64,000 bases of DNA from an uncultured Erysipelotrichaceae bacterium (GTDB taxonomy: Bacteria; Bacillota_I; Bacilli_A; RF39; UBA660), in assembly GCA_902780395.1 (NCBI GenBank), contig CACZFH010000005.1, forward strand, positions 1,557 to 65,556, written 5' to 3'. Positions 1-9,840 of this stretch are shown here, one piece after another (positions within the stretch are counted from its first letter, which is position 1; every line of letters begins with the position of its first letter). Both the position numbers and the translations under genes were made by a program. The notes under the pieces were generated by a model. It was not told the origin of the DNA. It saw nothing but the letters and a program-made list of their open reading frames with translations, and did no database searches.

Positions 1-13
1 TTTCAAAGTCTTT

Positions 14-931
14 TCATAAATTATTAATTGAATTGTTATTATTCATTTGATTATTCATAGGTTGTTGTTGATTTACTATCGGTGGTTGGTTTAGCATTTG
101 TTCACTCATCATAGGTTGTCCAGTCATTGTTGGTTGATTTATTGGTGGTTGTTGAAACTGGCTTTGCCCCATTTGATTATATTGTGGTTGAGGCTGATTT
201 TGCTGTTGAGCTAATCTGGCTTGTTGAGCTTCTAAGGCTGGATTTCTAAATCTTGGACCATTTGTCTGAAAAGCTTGAGGATTTGGTGCTTCTTTAGGCT
301 TTTCTTCTGATGATTGAGCTAGTTTCAATTCTTCTTCAGCAAATAGTTGATAGATTACAAAGGTAAAGATAAAGATATTAATTAATCGATAACTAGTTTT
401 TGATATAATTCTAATAAAGTCAGGTGTTTTTTCTGTCACAAACACTAATCCTATATTAATCATGTAATAAACAAATGATGATAAATAAACTCCAATTTGA
501 CTAATTGTTGCTATTTGATCATTAATTTTGTGATTCATAATACTCACCATTGAAAAATACTTTAACATATCTATAACATATGTTATTGTTTCTTCAATGT
601 TTAAAATGCTTTTTGATAGTTTCATGTAACTTTGTAAACTATTCATATCTAGATTCTTTATAGAATTATTACTTATTACTAGATATACGATAGATATTAT
701 AATATATAAAGCTATTCCTAATAGCCCAATTATGGATACTGCCGATTTATTCTTTTTATAATCATAATAAAAAACCAAAAATTCTATAATCAATGTTGTT
801 ACTAATGATTCTGTGTATAATATACCCGTTGATAATTTTGAAGGTAGCTCTATATCCATTGAATTTATTATGCTTGCAATTAAAATCAAGATAAATACAA
901 TTGGCATTATTTTCATTATTTTTTTATCCAT
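14..931 (-). CDS. Multi-pass membrane protein with Q/N/P-rich low-complexity C-terminal tail
   Basis: 305-aa ORF with AGGTGAG RBS 3 nt before the ATG at 931. Several hydrophobic helices (IMPIVFILILIASII, IIGLLGIALYIIISIVYLVI). The last ~100 aa are Q/N/P/M-rich. No family recognised. Confidence 0.55.
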   Translation of the reverse strand: MDKKIMKIMPIVFILILIASIINSMDIELPSKLSTGILYTESLVTTLIIEFLVFYYDYKKNKSAVSIIGLLGIALYIIISIVYLVISNNSIKNLDMNSLQSYMKLSKSILNIEETITYVIDMLKYFSMVSIMNHKINDQIATISQIGVYLSSFVYYMINIGLVFVTEKTPDFIRIISKTSYRLINIFIFTFVIYQLFAEEELKLAQSSEEKPKEAPNPQAFQTNGPRFRNPALEAQQARLAQQQNQPQPQYNQMGQSQFQQPPINQPTMTGQPMMSEQMLNQPPIVNQQQPMNNQMNNNNSINNL

Positions 932-973
932 ATTCTCACCTTATTGTAATTTTATCTAATTTTTCTTTTTTCT

Positions 974-2203
974 TCAATAATATTTCTTCTTTTTCCGTTC
1001 ACTATCTTTCAATAATTGTAAAGAAGCTGGCTTAATTAGGGATTTTCCATATTTATTATTTATATTATCCATTGTTTTTTGAATGTTATCTTCTTTTTCT
1101 TCTTCCTTTACTTCCTCTATATTAAATAGGTTGATTTGCTCTTGTCTTTCATCTGTCAATGATGCAAACCTTACTCCAATCAATCTTATTTCATCATCTC
1201 TATAATTTTCATCTAATAATTGATAGATATTTTTTAGTATTTCTTTAGTATTCTTAGTTGGCTTTGCTAAAGAAACTTGGGCACTGTAAGTAACAAAATT
1301 TTTATTTTTAAGGATAATACCAATTGTTTTTGTATACTTTTCTTTACTTCTTAGTTCCCTAGATAATTCTTCAGTTTGTCTAAATAATACTTCTTTTATT
1401 TTTTCTTTGTCTTGATAGTTATAAGGAAGGGTTTCTGAAATGCTTATACTTTGATTTTTACTTTTCTTTGGTTCTACTTTTGAATCATCTATTCCTCTAG
1501 CGGCATTTTGTAAATACTTTCCTTGATTTTTAAAGTGCTTTTCTAATAATTTAGAGGGAGTTCGTGCTAAATCTCCTATTGTATATATATTTAATGCATT
1601 CAATTCTTTCTTTGTGCTTTTTCCACACATAAATAAATCTCCTACGTCTAGGGGCCATAATTTGCTTACTATTTCATTTTTATAGAGGGTATGTACTTTA
1701 TCTGGTTTTTCAAAATCAGAGGCCATCTTAGCACATAGTTTATTATTTCCAATTCCTATGTTTACTGTGTATCCGAAGCGTTCTTTTATTTCATTCTTGA
1801 TATTATTGGCCAATTCTGTTAGATCATCATATAAATAATTCATCCCAGTCATTTCTAGAAAACATTCATCTACTGAGAATTGCTCTAAATTAGGACTATA
1901 CTTTGATAAGTATTCCATCAATTCTTTTGATTTTTCATAGTACCATTGGTAATTTGGTGGATAGATTTCTAAATTGGGGCACTTTTTCTTGGCAGAATAA
2001 ATTGTTTCTGCGGTAATTATTCCATATTTTTTAGCTATGGGAGACTTTGCTAAAACAATTCCTCTACGTTGTTTTTCATCTCCTCCAATTATAGATGGCA
2101 CTTTCCTAATATCCTTTTTATAACCATTTTTTAGTAAATAGACAGCCGTCCAAGAAAGAAAAGCATTATTTACATCTATATGAAATATAATTCTTTCTTT
2201 CAT
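974..2203 (-). CDS. dinB: Y-family DNA polymerase IV
   Basis: Track ORF is 974..2245. I prefer the ATG at 2203 (GGAGA RBS 7 nt upstream). IFHIDVNNAFLSW, SVDECFLE and overall length are typical of DinB/UmuC-type polymerases. Confidence 0.85.
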   Translation of the reverse strand: MKERIIFHIDVNNAFLSWTAVYLLKNGYKKDIRKVPSIIGGDEKQRRGIVLAKSPIAKKYGIITAETIYSAKKKCPNLEIYPPNYQWYYEKSKELMEYLSKYSPNLEQFSVDECFLEMTGMNYLYDDLTELANNIKNEIKERFGYTVNIGIGNNKLCAKMASDFEKPDKVHTLYKNEIVSKLWPLDVGDLFMCGKSTKKELNALNIYTIGDLARTPSKLLEKHFKNQGKYLQNAARGIDDSKVEPKKSKNQSISISETLPYNYQDKEKIKEVLFRQTEELSRELRSKEKYTKTIGIILKNKNFVTYSAQVSLAKPTKNTKEILKNIYQLLDENYRDDEIRLIGVRFASLTDERQEQINLFNIEEVKEEEKEDNIQKTMDNINNKYGKSLIKPASLQLLKDSERKKKKYY

Positions 2204-2451
2204 GTAACCATCTCCTAAATAAATTATAGAACATTTTTTCGCCATTTACAAATAGAAGCAATATGAACAGTTCCAAAAAAAATTTTTTTCTTTTAAATCA
2301 AGACTATACTATCTTTCATTATCTTTTTATAGCTCTTTTTTAGAAAAGGGGAATTATAATACTATCATTTTTGTACACTTCTAGATTACATATATTTTTT
2401 CCTTTTTCATTCATAATAATATTGGAAATTCTTTTAAGGGGAGGTATTTTT

Positions 2452-2709
2452 ATGTCTATCAATAAATACGAAATAAACATTTATGAACAAATTGCTCGTA
2501 ATATCAAGAAATATAGAAATGAAGTAGGTATCACACAAGCAGAATTAGCTGAAAGAATTGGAGTTTCTCATGAATTCATTCGAAGAAATGAGTCTAAAAA
2601 GGGAAAGAAGTCTTTTTCCGTTGATACTGTTTGGAAAATATCTATTGCCTTAGATATTCAACCTGGACAATTATTTGAAATAGATTTGGATGAGTTAGTT
2701 CAACAATAA
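2452..2709 (+). CDS. XRE-family helix-turn-helix transcriptional regulator
   Basis: Track ORF is 2371..2709. Likely start is ATG 2452 after an AAGGGGAGG RBS. ITQAELAERIGVSHEFIRRNE is a classic Cro/XRE HTH. Divergent from dinB. Confidence 0.8.
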   Translation: MSINKYEINIYEQIARNIKKYRNEVGITQAELAERIGVSHEFIRRNESKKGKKSFSVDTVWKISIALDIQPGQLFEIDLDELVQQ

Positions 2710-2736
2710 AAAATACTAGGAAACTAGTATTTTTTT
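2708..2736. terminator. Bidirectional rho-independent terminator between XRE gene and ATPase gene
   Basis: Hairpin AAATACTAG-GAAA-CTAGTATTT, flanked by an A-run on one side and a T-run on the other. It sits between convergent genes. Confidence 0.65.
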
Positions 2737-4012
2737 ATATTTTATTATCTTTTAAGCAAAAGGCTGCATAAATGGGAATATATCTTATTTCTTTCTTCGT
2801 AGAGAAATTGTTTTCAGTAATACGATAAGCTTGAATAATTGTAAATTTCTTCATTAGTACGGCTAATGACTTAGCTTTAGAATTACTTTTTGTTGTTAAT
2901 TCTATAGGGATAATTTGACCATTTCTATTTTGAATTACAAAATTTACTTCAGCTTTTCCTTCAGATTGATAATAATATAGTGAGTATCCTCCATCAACTA
3001 ATGTCTTTGCTAGATGATTTTCATATAATATTTCTTTTTTATTTTCATCTGATAATAATTGCTTTCTATTGAAATGAAGCATAGTAAACAACAATCCTTC
3101 GTCACTACAATATAATTTAAAACTATCTTTATCTTTGCAAGAACTTAATGGTGATTTAATTGTTTTTATCTTATTACTTCTTGATACTATTTGATTGTTC
3201 ACTAGATAATTAATAGTGCTTTCATATTCTTTTGCTCTTTTGCCTACTCCCATTAAACCATATTGAAACTTTTTATTATCCTTTTTTAATTGTTCTGGAA
3301 TAGAATCTATAACTTCTAGACCTCTAGGTATATCTATTAATGTAGTATTAAGAGCAACTTCTTTTTTGTATACGTCTATTATTTTTTGCTTAATGGCATC
3401 TAACTCATAGCTTGTTTTTCCTTGAAGACTCTCATAGATTACTTCTGGCATTCCTCCAGTTTCAAGATACTCCATGAATAAATCAAGAGCAACTTTATGA
3501 AATGGACATGTCTTTTTCTTGGTGAATGATTCTTTTATTAGTTCAGCTAAACTTTTTTCTCCTCGTGCCCATAAATACTCTTCAAAATCCATTGAAGTCA
3601 TTCCTTTAAATTGAAGTTCTTCTCCTTTGAATTCTGATAGTTTTTCCTTTTTTGAAGTAATTGCTATAAAATGATATTTGCTATGTTCACTACCAAATAT
3701 TTTTAATCCTTTTATAATATCATTCTCAATTACATTATCTAATATAATTAAAGAGTCATCCTTTAATATTGTTTCTCCAGATAATAGAGAAAGATTTAAT
3801 ATTATCTTTTCTGTTGATCTTTCTTTTTTAAATAACCCTAGTAATTCTTTATTATTATCTGTGTTGAAATATACAGTGTTTTTATACTCTTTTTTTCCAA
3901 ATTCTAAAACAGAAAAGGTTTTTCCAATTTGTTTAGCACCATATAATACTAATGGTTTTCTAATGATATCGTTTTTCCACTTTTGATAAAATTCTTCTAT
4001 TTTACGTTCCAT
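2735..4012 (-). CDS. AAA+ ATPase (DUF4143-type ATP-binding protein)
   Basis: 425 aa. Walker A-like GAKQIGKT and Walker B-like LIILDNV. The layout matches the AAA_14/DUF4143 ATPases common in Firmicutes. Confidence 0.7.
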   Translation of the reverse strand: MERKIEEFYQKWKNDIIRKPLVLYGAKQIGKTFSVLEFGKKEYKNTVYFNTDNNKELLGLFKKERSTEKIILNLSLLSGETILKDDSLIILDNVIENDIIKGLKIFGSEHSKYHFIAITSKKEKLSEFKGEELQFKGMTSMDFEEYLWARGEKSLAELIKESFTKKKTCPFHKVALDLFMEYLETGGMPEVIYESLQGKTSYELDAIKQKIIDVYKKEVALNTTLIDIPRGLEVIDSIPEQLKKDNKKFQYGLMGVGKRAKEYESTINYLVNNQIVSRSNKIKTIKSPLSSCKDKDSFKLYCSDEGLLFTMLHFNRKQLLSDENKKEILYENHLAKTLVDGGYSLYYYQSEGKAEVNFVIQNRNGQIIPIELTTKSNSKAKSLAVLMKKFTIIQAYRITENNFSTKKEIRYIPIYAAFCLKDNKI

Positions 4013-4093
4013 TTACTGTATCCTCCTCACATATTTTATAAATTAAGTATACTTTTTAATCAATTAAAAGTCAATAAAAAAGACCTCCTGGTC

Positions 4094-4870
4094 TTAGTTT
4101 GTTATTAATGGCTTACTGAATTCTAATCTTAGTTTGTCTGCTATTGTTATGATGAATTCTGAATTAGTAGGTTTAGCTTTGTCGATATCTACACTATGTC
4201 CAAAGATATCTTCCATTAAATCCCAGTTCCCACGATTCCAACTGACTTCAATGGCATGTCTAATAGCTCTTTCCACTCTCGATACTGTTGAATCATATTT
4301 TTTTGCTATTTCTGGATACAGTTCTTTGGTAATACCTCCTATTATTTCAGGCCTTTTATATACTAGAGTAATTCCTTCTCTAATATATTGGTATCCTTTA
4401 ATATGTGATGGTACTCCTAATTCATGTAGAGTTTTTGTAATAAATACCTGCAAATTATTATGAAATAGATCAATAGTTTCCCCAATATGTTCACTAGCTG
4501 TTCTTAATTCTCTTATTTTTAATTCTAAATCTTTTAATTCAAATGGCTTTAACATTAAAAAATTAGCCCCTAGAGAAGCAACTTTATGAATTATTTCTTG
4601 AGTATTATAAGAAGTAGCAACAATTACTTTCTTATCAATTTTATTCTTATTAAGATACTCTAAAACACTTAATCCATCTTTATTAGGCATTACTAGGTCT
4701 AATAATATTATGTCAAATTCATCTTTCTTTTTATCAATCAAGAGAATTCCTTCATTGCCATCTTTGGCTTCTAATGATACTTCTATATTAGATGATTTAT
4801 TAAAATATTCTCTAATCATCCCTACTAAAGTTTCGTTATCATCAATAACTAATAGTCTTGTTTTTTCCAT
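4094..4870 (-). CDS. spo0A: Sporulation master response regulator Spo0A
   Basis: Receiver domain ([21 protein letters not shown]) plus the Spo0A-specific DNA-binding domain ([37 protein letters not shown]). Start moved from 4906 to ATG 4870 (AGGAGAG RBS). Confidence 0.9.
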   Translation of the reverse strand: MEKTRLLVIDDNETLVGMIREYFNKSSNIEVSLEAKDGNEGILLIDKKKDEFDIILLDLVMPNKDGLSVLEYLNKNKIDKKVIVATSYNTQEIIHKVASLGANFLMLKPFELKDLELKIRELRTASEHIGETIDLFHNNLQVFITKTLHELGVPSHIKGYQYIREGITLVYKRPEIIGGITKELYPEIAKKYDSTVSRVERAIRHAIEVSWNRGNWDLMEDIFGHSVDIDKAKPTNSEFIITIADKLRLEFSKPLITN

Positions 4871-4915
4871 TTTCTCTCCTCTCATCTTTTTACCACGCAT
4901 TATCATTATATAATA

Positions 4916-4960
4916 TGTCGTATAAAATTAAAAGAGAAAAAAAGAACAAGTTTTGTCGAA
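4916..4960. promoter_or_regulatory. 0A-box-like motifs upstream of spo0A
   Basis: TGTCGAA (4954-4960) is an exact TGNCGAA 0A-box core, and TGTCGTA (4916-4922) is a near match. Both lie within 100 bp upstream of spo0A. Autoregulation through 0A boxes is established in Bacillus and Clostridium. Confidence 0.4.
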
Positions 4961-4975
4961 CCTGTCTTATTATGT

Positions 4976-5671
4976 CTAATGTAATTTTTGAAGAAATATT
5001 TTTAATTTTTCTAATTTTAAACTTAGTCCCCCTAACAAATATCCGTCAATTGCTCCTATTTGCTTTAACTGTTCAATATTTTCTTCGTTGGCACTACCAC
5101 CATAGAGTATTTTAGATTTTGGAACTATTTTCTTTATTTCTGCAAATACTTCTTCTATTTGTTCATTAGTTGGAATAATTCCTGTTCCTATAGACCAAAT
5201 AGGTTCATAAGCAACTATGATTTTTTTCTTGTCTTCTTCTTTGATATCTTTAATTGCTATAGATAGTTCTTCTTTTAATACTTCTTTTACTTGATTGTTT
5301 TCTCTTTCTTTTAGAGATTCTCCTATACATAAAATGGGAGTTATATCATTTTTTAATAATTGCTTTATTTTTAAATTAATCTCTTCATTGGTTTCTCTTT
5401 GATATTCTCTTCTTTCACTATGTCCTACTATAGCATATTGTACATTGTATGATTTTAGTTGAGTAGCAGATATTTCTCCAGTATAAGCTCCATTTTCATT
5501 TATACTTACATTTTGGGAACCTATTTTTAAAGAGGAATTTGCTGCTCCTATATTTAGATAAGTGGGACATAATATGATAGTTTCTTCTGTGCTAATAGAT
5601 TCTAATCCTTTTATATATGATTCAAATTCTATTTTTTCTAAATTACTCTTATTATTTAAAGCAATAATCAT
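4976..5671 (-). CDS. tpiA: Triosephosphate isomerase
   Basis: GHSERR and AYEPIWSIGTG catalytic motifs; 231 aa. Its start overlaps the stop of the upstream glycosyltransferase gene by 4 nt. Confidence 0.9.
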   Translation of the reverse strand: MIIALNNKSNLEKIEFESYIKGLESISTEETIILCPTYLNIGAANSSLKIGSQNVSINENGAYTGEISATQLKSYNVQYAIVGHSERREYQRETNEEINLKIKQLLKNDITPILCIGESLKERENNQVKEVLKEELSIAIKDIKEEDKKKIIVAYEPIWSIGTGIIPTNEQIEEVFAEIKKIVPKSKILYGGSANEENIEQLKQIGAIDGYLLGGLSLKLEKLKIFLQKLH

Positions 5672-6903
5672 TTTAATCTCTCCTTTATTGTTTTTATTAT
5701 CTTTGAGAATATTCCGTACCTATTTTCTTCTTTCTTTTCTTTTATGGCTCTATTATATACTTCTAATACTCTCTCTCCATAGTATTTAGAACTATATGTT
5801 TCAGCTTGGATACGAGCTTGTTTGTCAAATTTTTCTAATTCTTTTGGATTATTATAAAGACGCATTATATGATCTACATATTCTTTTTCAGTTTCAAAAA
5901 ATAAACCATCTAGTTCTTCTGTTACCATACTGGAAAATGCTTCATCTCTCATACAGACAGGAACTACGTTTGAAGCCATAGCTTCTATAATAGTTAATCC
6001 TTGAGTTTCTGTTTTAGAAGCAGTTACAAAAATGTCTGCTAAATGATAATAATAAGGCATATCTTCCCAAGCTGTTTTGCCTGTAAAGATAATATTATCA
6101 GCTAATCCCAATGATTCAGCATCTTTTTCATATTTCTCTTTATCGGGGCCATCTCCAACTATTAATAATTTAATATTATTATTCTGTTCTTTAAGCTTTT
6201 TCTCCGCTCTTATTAAAAATTCAATATTCTTTTCTTTGGCTAATCTTCCTACAAATAATAATATAAAATCATCCTTGTCAATATTAAGAGTTTTTCTTAA
6301 TTCTTTCAATTCATTATTATCAATGTTTTCATCATAGAATCTTTCTACTTCTATACCTGTTGGAATGATATTTATGTTCTTTTCAAATTTGTATTTTTCT
6401 TTAAATAGCTTATAAGTTTTATTAGTAGGCACTATTAATTCTGTTGCTGTTGTTTCACAATAGAATTTCGTAAAATACTCAAGTAATTTTTTACTTGATC
6501 TTTCAAAATATCCTTTTGTAATGTAATAAATATAGTCTTCATACATTGTATGATAGGTGTGTACTAATGGAATATTATATTGCTTGGCAAATAATCTAGC
6601 AAATGTTCCAATAGCAAATTCTGTTTGAGAATGAATAACATCTAAGTTCCAACTCTTGATTTTATTTACTGCTCTAACTGGATATATACTGCTTAATCTA
6701 GAATCATAAATACCTGTTGGAATTCCTGGTATTTTTAATACTCTTTCTTTCTCATCATAATCATATTTAAAACTTTCTAGATTTGCTGTTACGACGTACA
6801 CTTCATGGCCTTGCTTTTCTAAAGCTTTTTTTAACATTATTTCGCTTGTTACTAAACCACTGATATAAGGAGTATAGGTTTCTGTAAAAATACCAATTCT
6901 CAT
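5668..6903 (-). CDS. GT4-family glycosyltransferase, diacylglycerol glycosyltransferase-like
   Basis: 411 aa. N-terminal MRIGIFTETYTPYISG and C-terminal TETQGLTIIEAMAS (E-x7-E region) are typical of GT4 glycolipid synthases (alMGS/CpoA-like). Confidence 0.75.
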   Translation of the reverse strand: MRIGIFTETYTPYISGLVTSEIMLKKALEKQGHEVYVVTANLESFKYDYDEKERVLKIPGIPTGIYDSRLSSIYPVRAVNKIKSWNLDVIHSQTEFAIGTFARLFAKQYNIPLVHTYHTMYEDYIYYITKGYFERSSKKLLEYFTKFYCETTATELIVPTNKTYKLFKEKYKFEKNINIIPTGIEVERFYDENIDNNELKELRKTLNIDKDDFILLFVGRLAKEKNIEFLIRAEKKLKEQNNNIKLLIVGDGPDKEKYEKDAESLGLADNIIFTGKTAWEDMPYYYHLADIFVTASKTETQGLTIIEAMASNVVPVCMRDEAFSSMVTEELDGLFFETEKEYVDHIMRLYNNPKELEKFDKQARIQAETYSSKYYGERVLEVYNRAIKEKKEENRYGIFSKIIKTIKERLK

Positions 6904-7901
6904 TCTTTCACCTTCTTATCTATATTAAATAGGATTCCTCCGATGATCATACCTAAATAATAAGTTATAAATCTCCATATTAATAAGACTGCTGATAATT
7001 GTGTCTTTTCAATGAAGTTACCAAAAAATTGAGTAAAACCATATTCAATTCCACCACTAGCTCCTGGGATTGGAACGAAAGCTCCTATGACATAAACATA
7101 GGCAGATGCCGTTATCGTATTAATTGCTGTTAAACTATTAAAGTTCCTCATACTATATAAAATCCATAAAGGAGTCATATATAAACATAATAAGCTAGCT
7201 ATATTTAAAACAATACCTGTTACTAATAGATTCTTTCTTTTCTTCAATTCTTTAAAACCGTTATAGTAATCTTCCAGTTTATTTTCTATGTCTTCTTTTG
7301 TTGTTTTAATTTTCATTTTTTTAGCAATGAATAATCCTATCTTACTTAATCTTTTCATCATAGATTTTGAATAAGATATTAATAATAATATAATTACAAC
7401 TGCTATATTGATAGCAAAACCTAATAATAACAGTTTTTGTAATAGTTTCACTTTAGGAAAGATATGAAATAATAAATTATACAGTACTGCTATAGTTCCA
7501 CATATTACTAAGGCAATTTGATAAAATATAAAACTTTGAATAGTTTGATTGGTAGCCTTAGTTAAAGAAAAACCATGTTCTGTTAGCATATAAACTTCCA
7601 TTGGTTGGCCACCTGTTGCAAAAGGGGTTACTCCATTAAAAAATTGAGTAATCCAAATATGTTTAATAGCTTCTTTTAAGCTATACTTTTCAGGATTATT
7701 GGCTATTTTATAATTGACATATCCCTTTAATGATAAGGAAATTGCAAAAAATACGAAAGCTACTAATATAAACTTCGTATCTATTGTTTGAAATATTTTA
7801 ATAATATCTCCTAAATCATCTTTTAGGACTATGAATAATACAAGAATTGTAATCAATATTAATACTATTGTATTTTTCTTTATATTTTTAGCAATATTCA
7901 T
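6900..7901 (-). CDS. Flippase-like membrane protein (LPG_synthase_TM / UPF0104 type)
   Basis: 333 aa with about 8 TM helices. It resembles the lysylphosphatidylglycerol-synthase TM-region family often paired with glycolipid GTs. 4-nt overlaps with both neighbours. Confidence 0.65.
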   Translation of the reverse strand: MNIAKNIKKNTIVLILITILVLFIVLKDDLGDIIKIFQTIDTKFILVAFVFFAISLSLKGYVNYKIANNPEKYSLKEAIKHIWITQFFNGVTPFATGGQPMEVYMLTEHGFSLTKATNQTIQSFIFYQIALVICGTIAVLYNLLFHIFPKVKLLQKLLLLGFAINIAVVIILLLISYSKSMMKRLSKIGLFIAKKMKIKTTKEDIENKLEDYYNGFKELKKRKNLLVTGIVLNIASLLCLYMTPLWILYSMRNFNSLTAINTITASAYVYVIGAFVPIPGASGGIEYGFTQFFGNFIEKTQLSAVLLIWRFITYYLGMIIGGILFNIDKKVKE

Positions 7902-8407
7902 GCAATCATCCTTTTATTTATTATTCTTTCTTCTTGTTCTGTTAAAAACAATATGTTACCTTGCTCTTCTCCTAAGCATTCATATCCGTTCTGTTTTAAG
8001 TATGCTATTGTTTCTTTATCTGTTGGATCAATCATAATAAAAACTTCTTCTAGGTTTAAAGTGTTTAAGGCATAATTAATTGCCAAAGAAACAATTTTTC
8101 TTCTTTTAGTAATTCCTTTTTGGGGAGATAAAGATATTCTTCCTGTCTTCATATCTTTTTCTCCTTGAATTAAGCAACTATCTATCATTGTTGCGTCTTT
8201 TTCAAGAAATAGTCTTTCTTCTATTTCATTTCTATTTTTTTTGTTCTTTAAGTATTCCTCTTCAGGGATAGATGAAACCATTTGTTTTAATTGTTCTGAT
8301 AGATTTGTTGACATTTCATTTGTTTTTTCATATTCTTTTAGCATTTGAATATGAGTATCATTATAAGGATTTACTACGTATAAACTTGATACGGACAATT
8401 TGTTCAC
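7898..8407 (-). CDS. Possible degenerate GNAT-fold protein
   Basis: 169 aa. The C-terminal half (RRKIVSLAINYALNTLNLEEVFIMIDPTDKETIAYLKQNGYE) resembles RimJ/RimL-type acetyltransferases. The match is weak. Confidence 0.35.
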   Translation of the reverse strand: MNKLSVSSLYVVNPYNDTHIQMLKEYEKTNEMSTNLSEQLKQMVSSIPEEEYLKNKKNRNEIEERLFLEKDATMIDSCLIQGEKDMKTGRISLSPQKGITKRRKIVSLAINYALNTLNLEEVFIMIDPTDKETIAYLKQNGYECLGEEQGNILFLTEQEERIINKRMIA

Positions 8408-8413
8408 CTTCTT

Positions 8414-9586
8414 TTATTTTAATGATTCAATTCCAGGTAATGTCTTTCCTTCAAGATATTCAAGAGTTGCTCCTCCACCTGTTGAAGCATGGTATACTTT
8501 TTCTTTATAACCAGCTTTAGTAGCTGCTGCTACAATATCTCCTCCACCTAAAATGGTTTTGATATTATTCTCAACTATGTATTTTAATAATTCATCTGTA
8601 TTCTTTTTATATTTTTCAAATTCATAAACTCCTAAAGGTCCATTCCAAACAACAATTTTAGCAGTATTTAGAATTTCTTCAAATAACTCTTTCGTACGAG
8701 TACCAATATCTAATCCCATTTCGTTAGAAGCTATTTCATTAATATCTTTTTCTCGATAATCTTCATCATTGGTGTATTCATTGGTAACTGCTACATCTAT
8801 TGGAAGAACTATTTTTTTAGGATATTCTTGAAGAATATTCTTACAGAATTCAATGTTTTCTTCATCTAGTAAAGATTTTCCTATTTCTTTTCCCTGGGCT
8901 TTTAAGAATGTGAATGCCATTCCTCCACCAATTAGTATTTTGTCTGCTTTCTTTACTAGGTTTTCTATAACGCCTATTTTATCGCTTACTTTGGCTCCAC
9001 CTAAAATAACGACAAATGGATGCTCTGGATTATCTAATTCTTTAAGAGCATTTAATTCTCGTTCAATTAAAAATCCTGGTGCAGATGGTAGATGAGAAGC
9101 TATACCACAGTTTGAAGCGTGGGCTCTATGGATTGTTCCAAAAGCATCATTTATAAATACTTCTCCTAAAGATGCCCAATAAGCACCTAGTTCTTCATCA
9201 TTACTACTTTCTTTTTTACCATCTAAATCTTCATATCTGGTATTTTGAACAAGAATTACATCTCCACCTTCCATGCTATCAACTAAGCTTTCTAATTCTG
9301 GTCCTCTTGTTTTTTCACAGAATAAAACATCTTTTTTTAATAATTCACTTAAGCGCTTTGCTACTGGTGATAAATCATTTTTAGCTAAATCGGCTTCTTC
9401 TTTTACTCTTCCCAAATGAGATAGTAGTATTACTTTAGCATTTTTCTCAAGACAATAATTAATGGTTTCTAAGGCTGCTACTATTCTGGTATCATCTACT
9501 ATTTTCCCTTCTTTCATTGGAACATTAAAATCACAACGAATTATTACTTTTTTATTTTCAATATTTAAATCTTTCAATTGTTTCAT
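8414..9586 (-). CDS. pgk: Phosphoglycerate kinase
   Basis: 390 aa. KVILLSHLGRVK, GGGMAFTFLKAQG and GGGDIVAA are canonical PGK motifs. Confidence 0.95.
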   Translation of the reverse strand: MKQLKDLNIENKKVIIRCDFNVPMKEGKIVDDTRIVAALETINYCLEKNAKVILLSHLGRVKEEADLAKNDLSPVAKRLSELLKKDVLFCEKTRGPELESLVDSMEGGDVILVQNTRYEDLDGKKESSNDEELGAYWASLGEVFINDAFGTIHRAHASNCGIASHLPSAPGFLIERELNALKELDNPEHPFVVILGGAKVSDKIGVIENLVKKADKILIGGGMAFTFLKAQGKEIGKSLLDEENIEFCKNILQEYPKKIVLPIDVAVTNEYTNDEDYREKDINEIASNEMGLDIGTRTKELFEEILNTAKIVVWNGPLGVYEFEKYKKNTDELLKYIVENNIKTILGGGDIVAAATKAGYKEKVYHASTGGGATLEYLEGKTLPGIESLK

Positions 9587-9610
9587 GGCTAAATTCTCCT
9601 AACTATTAAA

Positions 9611-9619
9611 ATTATACCA
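9611..9619 (-). promoter_or_regulatory. Extended -10 promoter (TGgTATAAT) for pgk
   Basis: The minus strand reads aaaaaTGGTATAATtttaatagttAGGAGAatttagccATG. It lies between the upstream terminator and the pgk RBS. Confidence 0.45.
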
Positions 9620-9670
9620 TTTTTTTTAAATTTTAAAAAGAGAAAGCATATTTTTTATTATTATATTATT

Positions 9671-9703
9671 AAAAGAAAAAAAGAGTATTGTCAACAATAC
9701 TCT
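9671..9703 (-). terminator. Rho-independent terminator after gap-SPFH unit
   Basis: Minus strand: AGAGTATTG-TTGA-CAATACTCT followed by TTTTTTTCTTTT. Confidence 0.75.
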
Positions 9704-9840
9704 AATAATGATTAATCTATTAAGAAATTAAACAATTCACTTCTTCTTTTTTATTGGCTATATCATACCATAATATTTAGAAAAACAAGCTAGTTTCTTG
9801 CTATGGTATTATTAGATATAAAAAAAGAAAATAACAAATG

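Noticed and set aside
2265-2273. GAACAGTTC palindrome upstream of dinB as a LexA/DinR SOS box.
   Set aside because: The Firmicutes consensus is GAAC-N4-GTTC, and this site has a 1-nt spacer. No comparable site is seen upstream of uvrA or uvrB.
9735-9800. Nested hairpin ATACCATA...CAAG-N7-CTTG...TATGGTAT downstream of the SPFH gene, considered as a second terminator or regulatory RNA.
   Set aside because: No U tract follows it on the coding strand, and the clear terminator lies 40 nt further on. It is insufficient to call a feature.
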